From: Longimicrobiales bacterium
Lineage (GTDB): Bacteria; Gemmatimonadota; Gemmatimonadetes; Longimicrobiales; Gaopeijiaceae
Assembly: GCA_965202805.1 (NCBI GenBank)
Contig: OZ241869.1
Location: 3,264,001-3,328,000, forward strand
Reading direction: 5' to 3'
DNA: 64,000 bases
Part shown: one piece after another, positions 1-10,800 of the stretch
How the letters are laid out: each line of letters begins with the position of its first letter
How positions within the stretch are numbered: the stretch's first letter is position 1
Translations under genes and position numbers: made by a program
Notes under the pieces: generated by a model
What the model saw: only the letters and a program-made list of their open reading frames with translations
The model's database searches: none
What the model was told of the DNA's origin: nothing

Positions 1-402
1 GGCGGGGCACGGGTACGTGATCACCGACTGCGGGCTGGCGGGATCCGAGATGTCCCAGATCTGGATGCCGTCGTAGTTGCCCTGGATGACGTAGTTGCCG
101 GTGAACGCAAGATCGGAATTCGTCTGGCCGATGAAGCGTTCGGTGGGCGGCGTGGTCGAGATCAGGCGCAGGTTCCAGGCGGCCTCCCCGGCGTCGAAGA
201 GTCCGGGTGCCAGGCCGACGCGCGGGTCGGGCGTGGGCGGGTTCACGCGCAGGGGCGCGAGACCGGCGGGAGCCATTCCCGTGTCCGGAGCCGAGTAGGC
301 GGAACAGGCGGGCAGCACCAGGAGCAGCGCCACGCAGGAGAGGAGCGCACCGAGGCGCGCCGGGGCGGTGACGCGGTTCCGCGTCGATCGGAGACAGGTC
401 AT
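1..402 (-). CDS. LVIVD-repeat lipoprotein, N-terminal part (runs off left edge); close paralog of 1128..3128
   Basis: Minus-strand translation from ATG 402 (MTCLRSTRNR...LLVLPACSAYSAPDTG...DPRVGLAPGLFDAGEAAWNL...NSDLAFTGNYVIQGNYDGIQIWDISDP) is nearly identical to the N-terminus of the 1128..3128 protein. Not in the ORF track because no stop lies in the window. Confidence 0.85.
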   Translation of the reverse strand, partial: MTCLRSTRNRVTAPARLGALLSCVALLLVLPACSAYSAPDTGMAPAGLAPLRVNPPTPDPRVGLAPGLFDAGEAAWNLRLISTTPPTERFIGQTNSDLAFTGNYVIQGNYDGIQIWDISDPASPQSVITYPCPA

Positions 403-436
403 GTCACACTTCCTCGGGTGGGGTGGGTACTGCGGG

Positions 437-1120
437 TCAGTCCTGGAGGCCGGGCCCGGCCATCTGCTCGAGCATCAGCTCCATGCGGGCGATTTCGGTG
501 GCCTGATCGACCTGGATGTCGGAGGCCATCTTGAAGATGAAGTCGTCCTGGGCGGCTCCGTCTGTGGCGAAGAGTTCGTGCACCATGGTGACGGCGCCCT
601 CGTGGTGCTGGATCATGTAGGTGAGAAAGAGGCGGTCGAAGTCCGGGCCCCGGGCCAGCTCCAGCTCGCGCAGCTGCTCGGGGGAGAGCATCCCCGGCAT
701 GTGCATCGCGTGCTCCGGGCCGTGGAGCATCAGCATCGCGCCCTCGATATGGAACTCGGGCACCGGAAGGCCGCGCTCGCGGAGCCAGCGCTGCATGATG
801 GCGATCTCGTCGCTCTGGGCGTTGATGATGCGCGCGCAGAGGACCTGGACCGAGGGGCTGGCGCCATTTTCGGGGGCGAAGCCCGCCATGACCAGCGCCT
901 GGGCGTGGTGCCCGATCATGCCGGTCATGAAGTGCACGTCGGCCTCGTGCGGGTTGAGAAGGAGGCTGTCGGCGCGCGCCTCGTAGATCGCCTCGAGCTG
1001 CGCGATGCGGTCGGCATCGGGACGCGCGGCGGGCGGGGGAGCGCCGGGTCCGGCGCCCGCGCACGCCTGGGTGGCCGCGAGCAATGCGAAAAGCAGGAAA
1101 CGATGAGTGTTCATGGGCAT
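437..1120 (-). CDS. DUF305 (ferritin-like/CopM-type) domain lipoprotein
   Basis: ADVHFMTGMIGHHAQAL, MPGM and FLTYMIQHHEGAVTM motifs typical of DUF305; signal peptide with Cys. Start 1114 or 1120. Confidence 0.88.
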   Translation of the reverse strand: MPMNTHRFLLFALLAATQACAGAGPGAPPPAARPDADRIAQLEAIYEARADSLLLNPHEADVHFMTGMIGHHAQALVMAGFAPENGASPSVQVLCARIINAQSDEIAIMQRWLRERGLPVPEFHIEGAMLMLHGPEHAMHMPGMLSPEQLRELELARGPDFDRLFLTYMIQHHEGAVTMVHELFATDGAAQDDFIFKMASDIQVDQATEIARMELMLEQMAGPGLQD

Positions 1121-1127
1121 CAACATA

Positions 1128-3128
1128 CTACATGTCCGCCAGATCCCGCACGGCATCAGCCAGCTTTCCGACCTTGGCGGAATCCGCCGATCCGCGGGCG
1201 TCGGAGGCGAGCGCGTCCGCCAGCGAGCGCAGCGCGGACGCCCGCCCCGATCCCGTCATCCCCTCGGCGGCGCTCAACTCGCTCCGCGCGGACGCGATGC
1301 GGGCCTCGGCGAGCCCGCGGTGCCGCTCCAGCTGGTCCAGATAGGCCCGCGCCAGCGCGAAGGTCGCCGGCCACTCGAAGATGGGCTGCCCCTGCGAGTT
1401 GAGGTGCGTCAGTTCGACGGAATTCGCGGCGTCGATCTCGTTCTGCGTCATCGCCTCGCTCGGAACGAGCTCGAGGATGTCCAGCCCGCGGGCGATCTCG
1501 GAGTTGACGATCACGCCGTTGTACCAGTAGACCGACCAGCTGCCGCCCATGCGCATCACCTCGCCGTCGACGGGGCCGCGGTCGAAGTACGCGATCTCGA
1601 CGGGATTTGTCGGGTCGGTCCAGTCGATCAGGGAGATGCCGCCCTGGTACCATCCCTGGATCATGATGTCGCGGCCGGGAATGGGGATGAGCGAGCCGTT
1701 GTGCGCGACGCAGTTCTCCTGCGGCGTTTGCGGCGCGGGCAGCTTGTAGTAGCTCGTAAACACCATCTCGCCGTCCTCGACGGTGAAAATGGCGTTGGCG
1801 CCCCACTCCACCGGGTCCGAGGCACGGCACTTGGGCGATCCGCCGCCGCCCCATTCGTCGGTGAACATGATGGCGGTGCCGTCGTTGTTGAAGGTCGCCG
1901 AGTGCCAGTAGGAGAAGTTGGAGTCGGCCACTTCCGAGAGCCGCACCGGGTTCTCCGGGTCGCTGATGTCGATCAGCATCCCGTACCCCTCGCATGCGCC
2001 GCCCGCGAGTCCGATGGCCGGATACACGGTGATGTCGTGGCACTGGGTGGGGCCGGTCTCCTCGCCCCCGGGCATCTGCGCGGCAACCATCGCCGGGAGC
2101 ATCTCGCGCAGCATGGCGCTGTCCGCCGCAGTGGGCGGGCCTTCGCCGCCACGCTCCTCCACGACCTGCGCGAGTATCTGCTCAGCCGCAAAATCGGGCA
2201 CCACCATCTCCTGTCCCATCACTTCCACGACGAAGGCGCCGCGCTCCCGGGCCGCCTCCACCTCGGCGATGTCGTCGGGCGCCGGCCCGTGCGTGGGCGG
2301 AGCCATAAGGTCCTCGAAAATGCGGGGCGAGCTCACGATCGCGGCGCTGGCGGGATCGGCCAGGGGGACCTTGATGACCTCGATGCGGAAGAGGGCCGTG
2401 TTGGGATCCTCCTCGGGGGGTGCGCCGGAGCAGCCGGGGAGCTCTTCGGCGGGCCGGACCGGGGCCGAGCCGGATACGTAGACGTAGACGTTCTCGTCGT
2501 CGCCGGGATGTTCGAGCACCGTGTGGGTGTGGGAGCCGCGGCAGGTCTGCACGTTGGCCACGTATTCCGGCGCGGTGATGTCCGAGATGTCGAAGATGCG
2601 GATGCCGCGCAGGCGGTCATGGCTTACGGCTTCCTCGATTCCTTCGTCGCCGCAGTCCAGCCGCCCGCCGAATCCCTCGCCCGACACGAAGAGCAGATGC
2701 TCGTACACGGAGACGTCGCTCTGCGAGGCGGGGCACACGTAGGTGATCACCGACTCGGGGTTGGCCGGATCGGAGATGTCCCAGATCTGGATGCCGTCGT
2801 AGTTGCCCTGGATGGCATAGGGGCCGGTGAAGGCGAGGTCCGAGTTGGTCTGGCCCACGAAGGGCTCGGTCGGAGGCGTGGCGGAAACCAGTTGCAGGTT
2901 CCAGATGGCCTCTCCGGCGTCGAACAGTCCCGGGGCCAGCCCGACGCGCGGGTCCGGCGTGGGCGGGTTCACGCTCAGGGGGACGAGGCTGGCGGGCGTC
3001 ATTCCCGTGTCGGGGGCGGTGTAGCCGGAGCAGGCGGGCAGCACCACAAGCAGCGCCGCGCAGGAAAGGATGGCGAGCGCGCGTGTCGGGGTCGGGACGC
3101 GGTCACACGTCGGTCGAACGGAGGTCAT
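1128..3128 (-). CDS. LVIVD-repeat secreted lipoprotein
   Basis: IQIWDISDP, IRIFDISD and LIDISDPENP repeats; CHDITV, WHSATFNNDG and ENCVAHNG motifs; lipobox LPAC. Confidence 0.85.
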   Translation of the reverse strand: MTSVRPTCDRVPTPTRALAILSCAALLVVLPACSGYTAPDTGMTPASLVPLSVNPPTPDPRVGLAPGLFDAGEAIWNLQLVSATPPTEPFVGQTNSDLAFTGPYAIQGNYDGIQIWDISDPANPESVITYVCPASQSDVSVYEHLLFVSGEGFGGRLDCGDEGIEEAVSHDRLRGIRIFDISDITAPEYVANVQTCRGSHTHTVLEHPGDDENVYVYVSGSAPVRPAEELPGCSGAPPEEDPNTALFRIEVIKVPLADPASAAIVSSPRIFEDLMAPPTHGPAPDDIAEVEAARERGAFVVEVMGQEMVVPDFAAEQILAQVVEERGGEGPPTAADSAMLREMLPAMVAAQMPGGEETGPTQCHDITVYPAIGLAGGACEGYGMLIDISDPENPVRLSEVADSNFSYWHSATFNNDGTAIMFTDEWGGGGSPKCRASDPVEWGANAIFTVEDGEMVFTSYYKLPAPQTPQENCVAHNGSLIPIPGRDIMIQGWYQGGISLIDWTDPTNPVEIAYFDRGPVDGEVMRMGGSWSVYWYNGVIVNSEIARGLDILELVPSEAMTQNEIDAANSVELTHLNSQGQPIFEWPATFALARAYLDQLERHRGLAEARIASARSELSAAEGMTGSGRASALRSLADALASDARGSADSAKVGKLADAVRDLADM

Positions 3129-3253
3129 GTCGGGGTCCTCGGTTGGAATGGTATGGCGGGACATGGGGCGGGCATGCCGAGGCGGCTTCTCCTGGCCCCA
3201 ACATACAAGGTTTCGGGCCGGTGTGTTTCCGGTGGCTATTCCACGTCCACGTC

Positions 3254-4390
3254 CTACCAGGCCACCGTCCCCAGTTCCCGCCAGGGGATCAGCCTGCCCG
3301 CCGTGCGGTGCTGACGACTCTCACCTCCGTAGACCACCGTCACGTCGAGCGCCGTGCCGTGCGGAAAGTGCTTCCTGACGCGCTCGACCCCCCGATACAG
3401 GGTCGCGGACGGCGTCGCTGTCGACTTGGCTTCGAGCAGCGTGAGACCGTCGGGCCGCTCAATCACGAGATCGACCTCGGCTCCATTGCGATCGCGGTAG
3501 AACGAAAGACCTCGGCCCTCGCCGCGGTTCGCGCGTTGCTTGACGATTTCCGAGACTGCCCAGGTCTCGAATATGGGGCCCCGCAGCGGATGCGAGCGCA
3601 GGTGCGCGGGTTCGCGGATGCCCAGTAGCCAGCAGGCGAGCCCGGTGTCGTGGAAATACAGTTTGGGCATCTTGACGAGCCGCTTGCGCAGGTTGGCGTG
3701 GAACGCGGGCAGCCGGAATGCGATGAAGCCGGTTTCCAGAATGCTCAACCAGGCTTTGGCGGTGGGCTGTGAGATGCCGCAATCACCGGCCAGGGCGGAG
3801 TAGTTGAGGAGCTGCCCTGTGCGTCCGGCGCAAAGCTGCACGAATCGCTGGAACGCTGCCAGGTCGCCGACGTTGCTGATGGTGCGCACGTCGCGCTCGA
3901 TATACGTGGCGACGTACGAGCGGAGCCATCGCGCCGGGTCGAGCATCCGGTCGAAGATGCGCGGATAGCTGCCGGAGAACAGAGCCTCGTCGAGGCACCG
4001 GGGGTGACGGTCGAAGCGCCGGATCTCGCTCCAGGTCAGGGGCAGCAGATGGAGGACCTGGGTCCGCCCGGCGAGCGACTGGCTGACCGACGCGAGGAGC
4101 GAGAGGTTCTGGGAACCGGTCAGGATCCAGCGTCCGGGGCGGGGATCTGCGTCGATGACGCCTTGCAGGTAGGAGAGCAGATCCGGAACGCGCTGCACCT
4201 CGTCGATGATGGCGGCTTCGGGTAGTTCCGCCAGGAACGCCCGTGGGTCCTCCCTCGCGAACACGCGAGTGTCGGGGGCCTCGAGCGTACGGTACGCGTG
4301 GTTGGGGAAGAGAGCTCGGCACAGCGTGGTCTTGCCGCTCTGGCGGGGGCCGGTGAGCGTGACGGCGGGGGCCTGGTTGGCTGCTGCCAG
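3254..4390 (-). CDS. AAA_14/DUF4143 ATP-binding protein; 5' end lacks a canonical start (possible pseudogene or CTG start)
   Basis: In-frame Walker A (TGPRQSGKTT) lies upstream of the first GTG at 4264. IIDEVQ, LTGSQ, KLYFHDTGL and FYRDRNGAEVDLV motifs. Confidence 0.85.
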   Translation of the reverse strand: MAAANQAPAVTLTGPRQSGKTTLCRALFPNHAYRTLEAPDTRVFAREDPRAFLAELPEAAIIDEVQRVPDLLSYLQGVIDADPRPGRWILTGSQNLSLLASVSQSLAGRTQVLHLLPLTWSEIRRFDRHPRCLDEALFSGSYPRIFDRMLDPARWLRSYVATYIERDVRTISNVGDLAAFQRFVQLCAGRTGQLLNYSALAGDCGISQPTAKAWLSILETGFIAFRLPAFHANLRKRLVKMPKLYFHDTGLACWLLGIREPAHLRSHPLRGPIFETWAVSEIVKQRANRGEGRGLSFYRDRNGAEVDLVIERPDGLTLLEAKSTATPSATLYRGVERVRKHFPHGTALDVTVVYGGESRQHRTAGRLIPWRELGTVAW

Positions 4391-4403
4391 GCCCTGCCCG
4401 TTC

Positions 4404-6083
4404 CTAGCGCCCCACTCCTTTGCGCGGGATGCGCGCGTCCGCGATGGCGGCGTGATAGACGAAGGACGCCATGATGACGGCGTTCTTGATGAGGTCGTCG
4501 ATGGGCAGGGTGTCGTAGAAGTCGAGGTTGGTGTGGCCTCCGGTGCCGCCCACGCGCGCCTGCAGGAACTGGAAGGCGGGCAGGCCGGCGCGGTCGAAGG
4601 GGACGTGGTCGGTGCTGCCCACGCCCTGGGGCGCGAGCGTGGTCATGCCCATGTCGCGCAGGGGCTCCATCCAGGCTTCGAAGATGGGGCGCACGTGCTC
4701 GTTCTCCTGCAGCCAGACGCCCCGGTACTGGCCCGGGCCGTAGTCCTGGTTGAAGTAGACGGAGAAGTTTTCGTAGTCGGGCCGGGTGCCGGAGGACGGG
4801 TAGCCGAAGTGCCGGCGCACGTATTCGGTGGAGCCGAACAGCCCCTGCTCCTCGCCGGACCAGAGCGCCACCCGGATGGTGCGCCGCGGCCGCGCCCCGA
4901 TGGCGTTCAGGATGCGCGCGGCCTCGAGCATGACAGCCACCCCGGAGGTGTTGTCGCTCGCGTTCGGGCTCGCATGCCAGGTGTCGAAGTGGGCGCCCAG
5001 CATGACCACCTCGTGGGCCAGGTCGGTGCCGGGGATCTCACCCACCACGTTGCGCGCCTCGGTGACCGACTCGCCGTGCCGGTTGCGCACCTCGGCCTCG
5101 ACGGTCACCGGGATGCCGCGGCGCAGGATGCGGTACATGCGGTTGTAGTGCTCGGGGGTGACCGCCACCACCGGCACCGAGGCCAAGGTGGCGTCGCGCG
5201 ACCAGCGATCGACGCGGGCTCCGGCGCGGGCGAACCCGCGCACCGCTCCCGGCCAGCCGCTGTTGGATTCGAGCACCAGCGCGACGCCCTCCTCGACGTA
5301 GAAGGCGAGCCGCTCGGCCGCGGTGAGGATGTCCAGGTTGGCGGGCTCATCGGGGTAGAGGCGCGAGAAGTAGGTGTCGGGCCCGGGTGGGATCGGGATA
5401 ACGTCCTCGGCGAGCGCGCGCATCTCCTCGTCGGTGCGGCGCGGGGTGCCGGTCGCGAACCGGGTCAGGTCGATGGCGGGGGGCGGGGTGGAGAGCACGG
5501 CCTTGCCGCGCAGCGTGCCCCTGAGCGAGGCCAGGCCGGTCCAGGTGCGCACGTCGGCGATGACCACGTCCAGTTCGAGCTTGCCGTCCGTGCCCGGAGT
5601 GTGGGCGATCGGGTAGGCCACCAGGGGCTGGTAGGCCGGGGCGGTCATATGTACCGATACGTACTCGTTGTCCCAGCTGACCCCGTAGGGCATGAAGGGC
5701 TCGCGCGCGATGTTCACCAGCCCGATGCGCTCCATCTCCCCGACCACCCAGCGCTGCGCGCGGTCCATGGCGTCCGAATTGGTCAGGCGACCGCCCAGCA
5801 CGTCGGTCATGTAGGAGAGGGTGTTGGGGAGCTGCGAGCGCTTGAGGCCTTCTTCGCGTATGCGTGCGACCATTGCCCGGTCGACGGGGAAGGCGGCGGC
5901 GGGGTCGGCGGGGAACGTCTTCTGGGTTGCCCCGGGCGCCGGGATGGCCAGAAGGGCCAGCAGCAGTGCGCACCGTGGCACGCGCGCGGGCGTCGGAGCG
6001 GCCTGGGCCCCGCGCGCCGGTGCCCCTCGTGCGACCGGGCGCGGGCGCCCGGATGCCGTCAGGGGACTGTTCCTGCCGCTCAC
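4404..6083 (-). CDS. M28 family metallopeptidase (carboxypeptidase Q-like), secreted
   Basis: GAHFDTW, ASDNTSG, WSGEEQGLFGS and STDHVPF motifs; GTGA overlap with the upstream stop. Confidence 0.88.
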   Translation of the reverse strand: MSGRNSPLTASGRPRPVARGAPARGAQAAPTPARVPRCALLLALLAIPAPGATQKTFPADPAAAFPVDRAMVARIREEGLKRSQLPNTLSYMTDVLGGRLTNSDAMDRAQRWVVGEMERIGLVNIAREPFMPYGVSWDNEYVSVHMTAPAYQPLVAYPIAHTPGTDGKLELDVVIADVRTWTGLASLRGTLRGKAVLSTPPPAIDLTRFATGTPRRTDEEMRALAEDVIPIPPGPDTYFSRLYPDEPANLDILTAAERLAFYVEEGVALVLESNSGWPGAVRGFARAGARVDRWSRDATLASVPVVAVTPEHYNRMYRILRRGIPVTVEAEVRNRHGESVTEARNVVGEIPGTDLAHEVVMLGAHFDTWHASPNASDNTSGVAVMLEAARILNAIGARPRRTIRVALWSGEEQGLFGSTEYVRRHFGYPSSGTRPDYENFSVYFNQDYGPGQYRGVWLQENEHVRPIFEAWMEPLRDMGMTTLAPQGVGSTDHVPFDRAGLPAFQFLQARVGGTGGHTNLDFYDTLPIDDLIKNAVIMASFVYHAAIADARIPRKGVGR

Positions 6084-7558
6084 ATCCCCGCCGGGCGCAC
6101 GCTGTAGTTGTCGTTGCGCCACATGTGCATGCTCCCGTCGGGCATCTCCTCGAAGATGAACTCCTCGCCCAGGTCGTCGTTGTCGCGCACGCGGCGGAAG
6201 GTGCCGTCCTCGATGTGGCGAAGCCGGGTCAGCGAGTTGAGCGGGTTGCCGGTGGGCAGCGACAGCACGTGCAGGTCGCCCTCCCGGATCAGCACCGCGC
6301 TCTCCCCGCCGAGGGGCCGCTGGTAGGTGCCGGTGAAGCGCTCCAGTTCCGCCCCGACTTCACCCGTGGCCGGATCGCCCTCGGAGCCCTTCGCCGCCCT
6401 GCGCAGCGCGGGCGCGACGATGTCGAAAGCGGTCTGGGCAAACTGGCGCGAGTTCACACCCTGGCCGTTTGTCATGAAGGCCGTGGCGACCTTGTCCTGC
6501 GGGCGGAGCAGCAGGTGGCTGCGGTATCCGGGGCACGAGCCGCCGTGGCCCACGAAGGTGTCGTCGTCCGACTTCCAAACCGAGAAGCCCAGCCCGTAGG
6601 TGGTGTTGCCGTCGGGCTCCGACCAGTGCACGCGGTGCATCTCGCGCAGGGTGTTGCGGTCGAGCAGGCCGTCCTCGCCCTCGAGCACCCGGAACTGCCA
6701 CGAGGCGAAGCGCCCCAGATCCTCCACCGTCGAAATGAAGCCGGCGGCGGGGCTGATGCCGCGCACCCAGTAATCCGGGATCACATGACGCTTGCCGTCT
6801 CTCCCGCGTGCCGTATAGCCCGTCGCGAGCCTGTTGCCGCGGAAGCGGTCTTCCAGGTCGGTGAAGGTGCTCGACATCCCCAGCGGATCCAGGATGTTGG
6901 CGCGGACGTAGTCGTCGTAGCTCTGACCGGACGCCTCGGCCACGATCTCGCCCGCCAGGGTGAGCGCCAGATTCGAGTACTGGAAGTACGTCCGCGGGGG
7001 ATAGAGCATCGTCTGCGTGGGCAGCGTCTCGACGATCTTCTCGTGGGTCGGGAAGGGGTAGTCGGGGCCGGTCCAGTACGGCACGCCCGCCTCGCGCGGG
7101 AGCCCCGAGCTGTGCGTGAGCAGGCCTTCGATGTCGACCGGGCCCGCCTCCGGGAAGTCGTCCTGGATGTTGAACCAGTCCAGGTGCTTCGCCACTGCGT
7201 CGTTCAGCGCGAGCTTGCCCTGGTCGCGCAGCTGCAGCGCACCGACTGCGGTGAAGAGCTTGGAGATGGAGCAGATCGAGTACATGGTCGAGGGGGTCGC
7301 GGGCTCTTCGCTCTCCACATGCGCGAATCCATATCCCTTCGCCCACACGAGCTCCTGGTCATGCACCACCGAGAGGGAGGCGCCGGGGATGCCCCCGTAG
7401 GCCTGGGCCGCGTCCATCCAGATGTCCAGGAGATGGAGGGCTTCGGCGACTCCGGGGTCGTCCGCGAGCGGCTGCTGGGCTGCCGATGGAGGCGCGGAGA
7501 GGAGGAGAAGCGCAAGGGCGGTGACGCCGATACGGTTGCGGATCCTGGGGTGGCTCAT
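6080..7558 (-). CDS. Serine hydrolase, beta-lactamase/PBP family
   Basis: SISK (SxxK), LLTHSSG, YSN and GHGG motifs; signal peptide. Confidence 0.88.
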   Translation of the reverse strand: MSHPRIRNRIGVTALALLLLSAPPSAAQQPLADDPGVAEALHLLDIWMDAAQAYGGIPGASLSVVHDQELVWAKGYGFAHVESEEPATPSTMYSICSISKLFTAVGALQLRDQGKLALNDAVAKHLDWFNIQDDFPEAGPVDIEGLLTHSSGLPREAGVPYWTGPDYPFPTHEKIVETLPTQTMLYPPRTYFQYSNLALTLAGEIVAEASGQSYDDYVRANILDPLGMSSTFTDLEDRFRGNRLATGYTARGRDGKRHVIPDYWVRGISPAAGFISTVEDLGRFASWQFRVLEGEDGLLDRNTLREMHRVHWSEPDGNTTYGLGFSVWKSDDDTFVGHGGSCPGYRSHLLLRPQDKVATAFMTNGQGVNSRQFAQTAFDIVAPALRRAAKGSEGDPATGEVGAELERFTGTYQRPLGGESAVLIREGDLHVLSLPTGNPLNSLTRLRHIEDGTFRRVRDNDDLGEEFIFEEMPDGSMHMWRNDNYSVRPAGM

Positions 7559-7859
7559 CGGGGCATCCTCCTTGAGATACTGCGGAGTTGGCTTCGCAGA
7601 CGGGCAGCGCGCGGAGACGCGAAATCGCATGTCCGCGTCCCGGACACGGTACAGTGTAGTGCGTGCCGTCGGACGGGAACACCGGTGGCTTCCGCTCCGG
7701 CGCGCGATGGGACGAGGGCCGGCGGGAGGAGCAGGCCAGGCCCATGGCCGGCCGGGACTCGGGAGACGGAACCGCAGCCAGCAGACAGGCTCCCGCCACG
7801 CCCGGCGCGGGCGTAGAATGTGGGTTCGAGCGAGATCCGTTCCCGACGAGGAGACGACC

Positions 7860-10800
7860 ATGAACTCCCATCAGTGGCGCCGTGCGATGTTGACCTGGAT
7901 GGCTTTGGCCATCGCACTGATCCCGGCGTGGCCCGCGGATGCCTCCGCCCAGACCGATGCGGCGCGCGTCGAGGCCGCGGTCGCCAACCTGGAGTGGCGA
8001 AACATTGGTCCGACGATCATGGGCGGACGGGTATCCGACCTGGCCGTGGTGGAGTCGGATCCGTCCACCTTCTACGTGGGGACCGCCACCGGCGGCGTGT
8101 GGAAGACCGTCAACCACGGCACCACCTTCGAGCCGGTCTTCGATGACCAGCCGACCACCTCGGTAGGGGACGTCACGGTGGCGCCCTCCAACCCCAACGT
8201 GGTGTGGGTGGGGAGCGGCGAGCCGCAGAACCGCCAGAGTTCGCCGTGGGGGAACGGCGTGTACAAGTCCACGGATGCAGGGCGCTCGTGGAGTCACATG
8301 GGGCTGGATGAGACGCACCACATCTCCCGCATCCGCATCCATCCGCGCGACCCCTCCATCGTGTACGTGGCGGCGGTCGGGCGGCTGTGGGGCGCCAACC
8401 CCGAGCGGGGCATCTACAAGACGACGGACGGCGGGGAGAGCTGGGAGCTGGTGCTTTTCGTGGACGAGGACACCGGGGCCATCGACCTTGCGATGGATCC
8501 GGGCGATCCCGAGACGCTCTTCGCCGCCATGTACCAGCGCCGGCGCACCGCGTGGGGCTTCAACGGGGGCGGGCCCGGGAGCGGCATCCACCGCACCACC
8601 GACGGCGGAGCTTCCTGGGTGGAGCTCACCGATGGGCTTCCCGATGGCGACATGGGACGCATCGGGCTGGACATCCATCGGGGCGACGGCAACCTGGTGT
8701 TCGCCATCGTGGAGGCCGACAAGCGCACGCCCGGGCAGGGCTTCGGTGGAGGCGGGGGCGGTTCGTCGCGCAACGGCGTGTACCGCTCCACCGACCGCGG
8801 CGAGAGCTGGGAGCAGATCAGCACGACCAACAACCGGCCCATGTACTACAGCCAGATCTGGGTGGATCCCGGGGACCCGGAGCGCATCTACACGGCCGGG
8901 TCGAGCCTGTACAAGTCGCTCGACGGGGGCAACAACTTCACCCCCGACGCCGCCAGCGAAGTGCACCCCGACCATCACGCGATGTGGATCAACCCGGACA
9001 ACTCCGATCACATCGTCCTGGGCGGGGACGGCGGCGTCGCGATCAGCTGGGACCGCTCACGGACCTGGCGCCAGCTGACCAACATCCCCCTGGCGCAGTT
9101 CTACGAGATCGGCGTGGACATGCGCGATCCCTATCACGTGTGCGGCGGACTTCAGGACAACGGTTCCTGGTGCGCCCCCAGCGACACCTGGTCAAACCAG
9201 GGCATCCGCACCCGCGACTGGTACAACGTGGGAGGGGGCGACGGCTTCTACACGGTCATGCACCCGACCAACCCGCGCGTGATGTTCTCGGAGTCGCAGG
9301 GCGGCAACCTGATGCGCGTGGACCTGGTGACCATGGAGCGCACACGGATGAGGCCCGTGGGGCGTCCGCTGGAAGATGGGGAGGAGAGGGAGCTGCGCTG
9401 GAACTGGGACACGCCCGTGTTCCTGTCGCAGCACGATGAGACCACCGTCTACGTCGGGAGCAACGTCCTCTTCCGCTCGCGCGATCTGGGGATGACCTGG
9501 GAGGAGATCAGCCCGGATCTCACCCACGCCATCGACCGCACCGGCCTGGAGATCATGGGCGTGGCCGGTTCCGAGCCCCAGATGTCCGCAAACGACGGGC
9601 AGGCGTCCTACGGCAACCTGGAGACGATCGCGGAGTCGCCGTTCGACGCGGGGCTGCTCTATGTCGGCAGCGACGATGGGAAGGTGCACGTGACGCGTGA
9701 CGACGGGGCCTCATGGACGGACGTCACCGACGACATCCCCGGGCTCCCCGAGCGCACCTACGTGAGCCGGGTGGTGGCTTCGGCGCACGATCAGGCCACC
9801 GTGTACGCCACCTTCGACGGTCACCGCAACAACGACTTCGCCGCACACGTCTACGTGAGCACCGATTACGGCGAGAGCTGGCGGCGTATCGCCGACGGGC
9901 TGCCGGCGACCTCCGTCAACGTCATCGCCGAACACCATCGCACCGAGGGACTGCTCTTCGTGGGGAACGAGGTGGGGGTGTTTTTCTCCGTGGACGGCGG
10001 CGAGCAGTGGGTCGCCCTCGACAACGGCCTGCCCGCGGTTCCGGTGGACGACATCAGGATCCACCCGCGCGAGAACGACCTGGTGCTGGGCACGCACGGG
10101 CGCGGAGTCTACATCATGGAGGACATCGCGCCGCTGGAGGGCCTGACCGCGGAGGTGCTGGCGGCCGGGGCGCACCTGTTCCCCGTGCGGCGCGCCACGC
10201 TGTACAACCCGTACACGCCGCAGGGATGGACGCCGGGGGTGTACGTGTCGCCCAACCCGCCGGCCGGGGCGCTGATCCGGTACTACGTCGGCGAGGCCGG
10301 CGCGGGGGGTGGTGTGGTGGCCGCGTCGCCGGACGGGAACGGGGGCGACGGCGACGCCGATGGCGAGGGAGCGCCCGCAGACGGCTCCGGCCAGCCGAAG
10401 ATCACGATCCTTGACGACGGCGGCGAGGTGGTGCGCGAACTTGCCGGGCCGGGGGCCGCGGGCATCCAGCAGGTGAGGTGGGATCTTCGCATCGAACCGC
10501 CCTACACGCCCTCAGGCCCCCCGCAGCAGTTCGGCGGAGGCTTCGGGGGTGGCCAGGCGCGCGGCCCGCGCGTGCTGCCCGGCACCTACACGGTGCGGCT
10601 GGAGGCTGCCGGCCGGACGCAGGAGGAAGAGGTGGTGGTGCGCCTGGATCCGCGGGTAGACATGAGTCGGGCCGACCTGGAGGCGCGCCAGGCCGCCCTC
10701 ATGAGCGCCTGGGACCTTGCCGGTCCCGTCTACGAGGCCGGCCGGGCCGTTCAGCGCGTCACCACCCGGCTCATGGAGGTCAGCGCCCTGCTGCGAGAGC

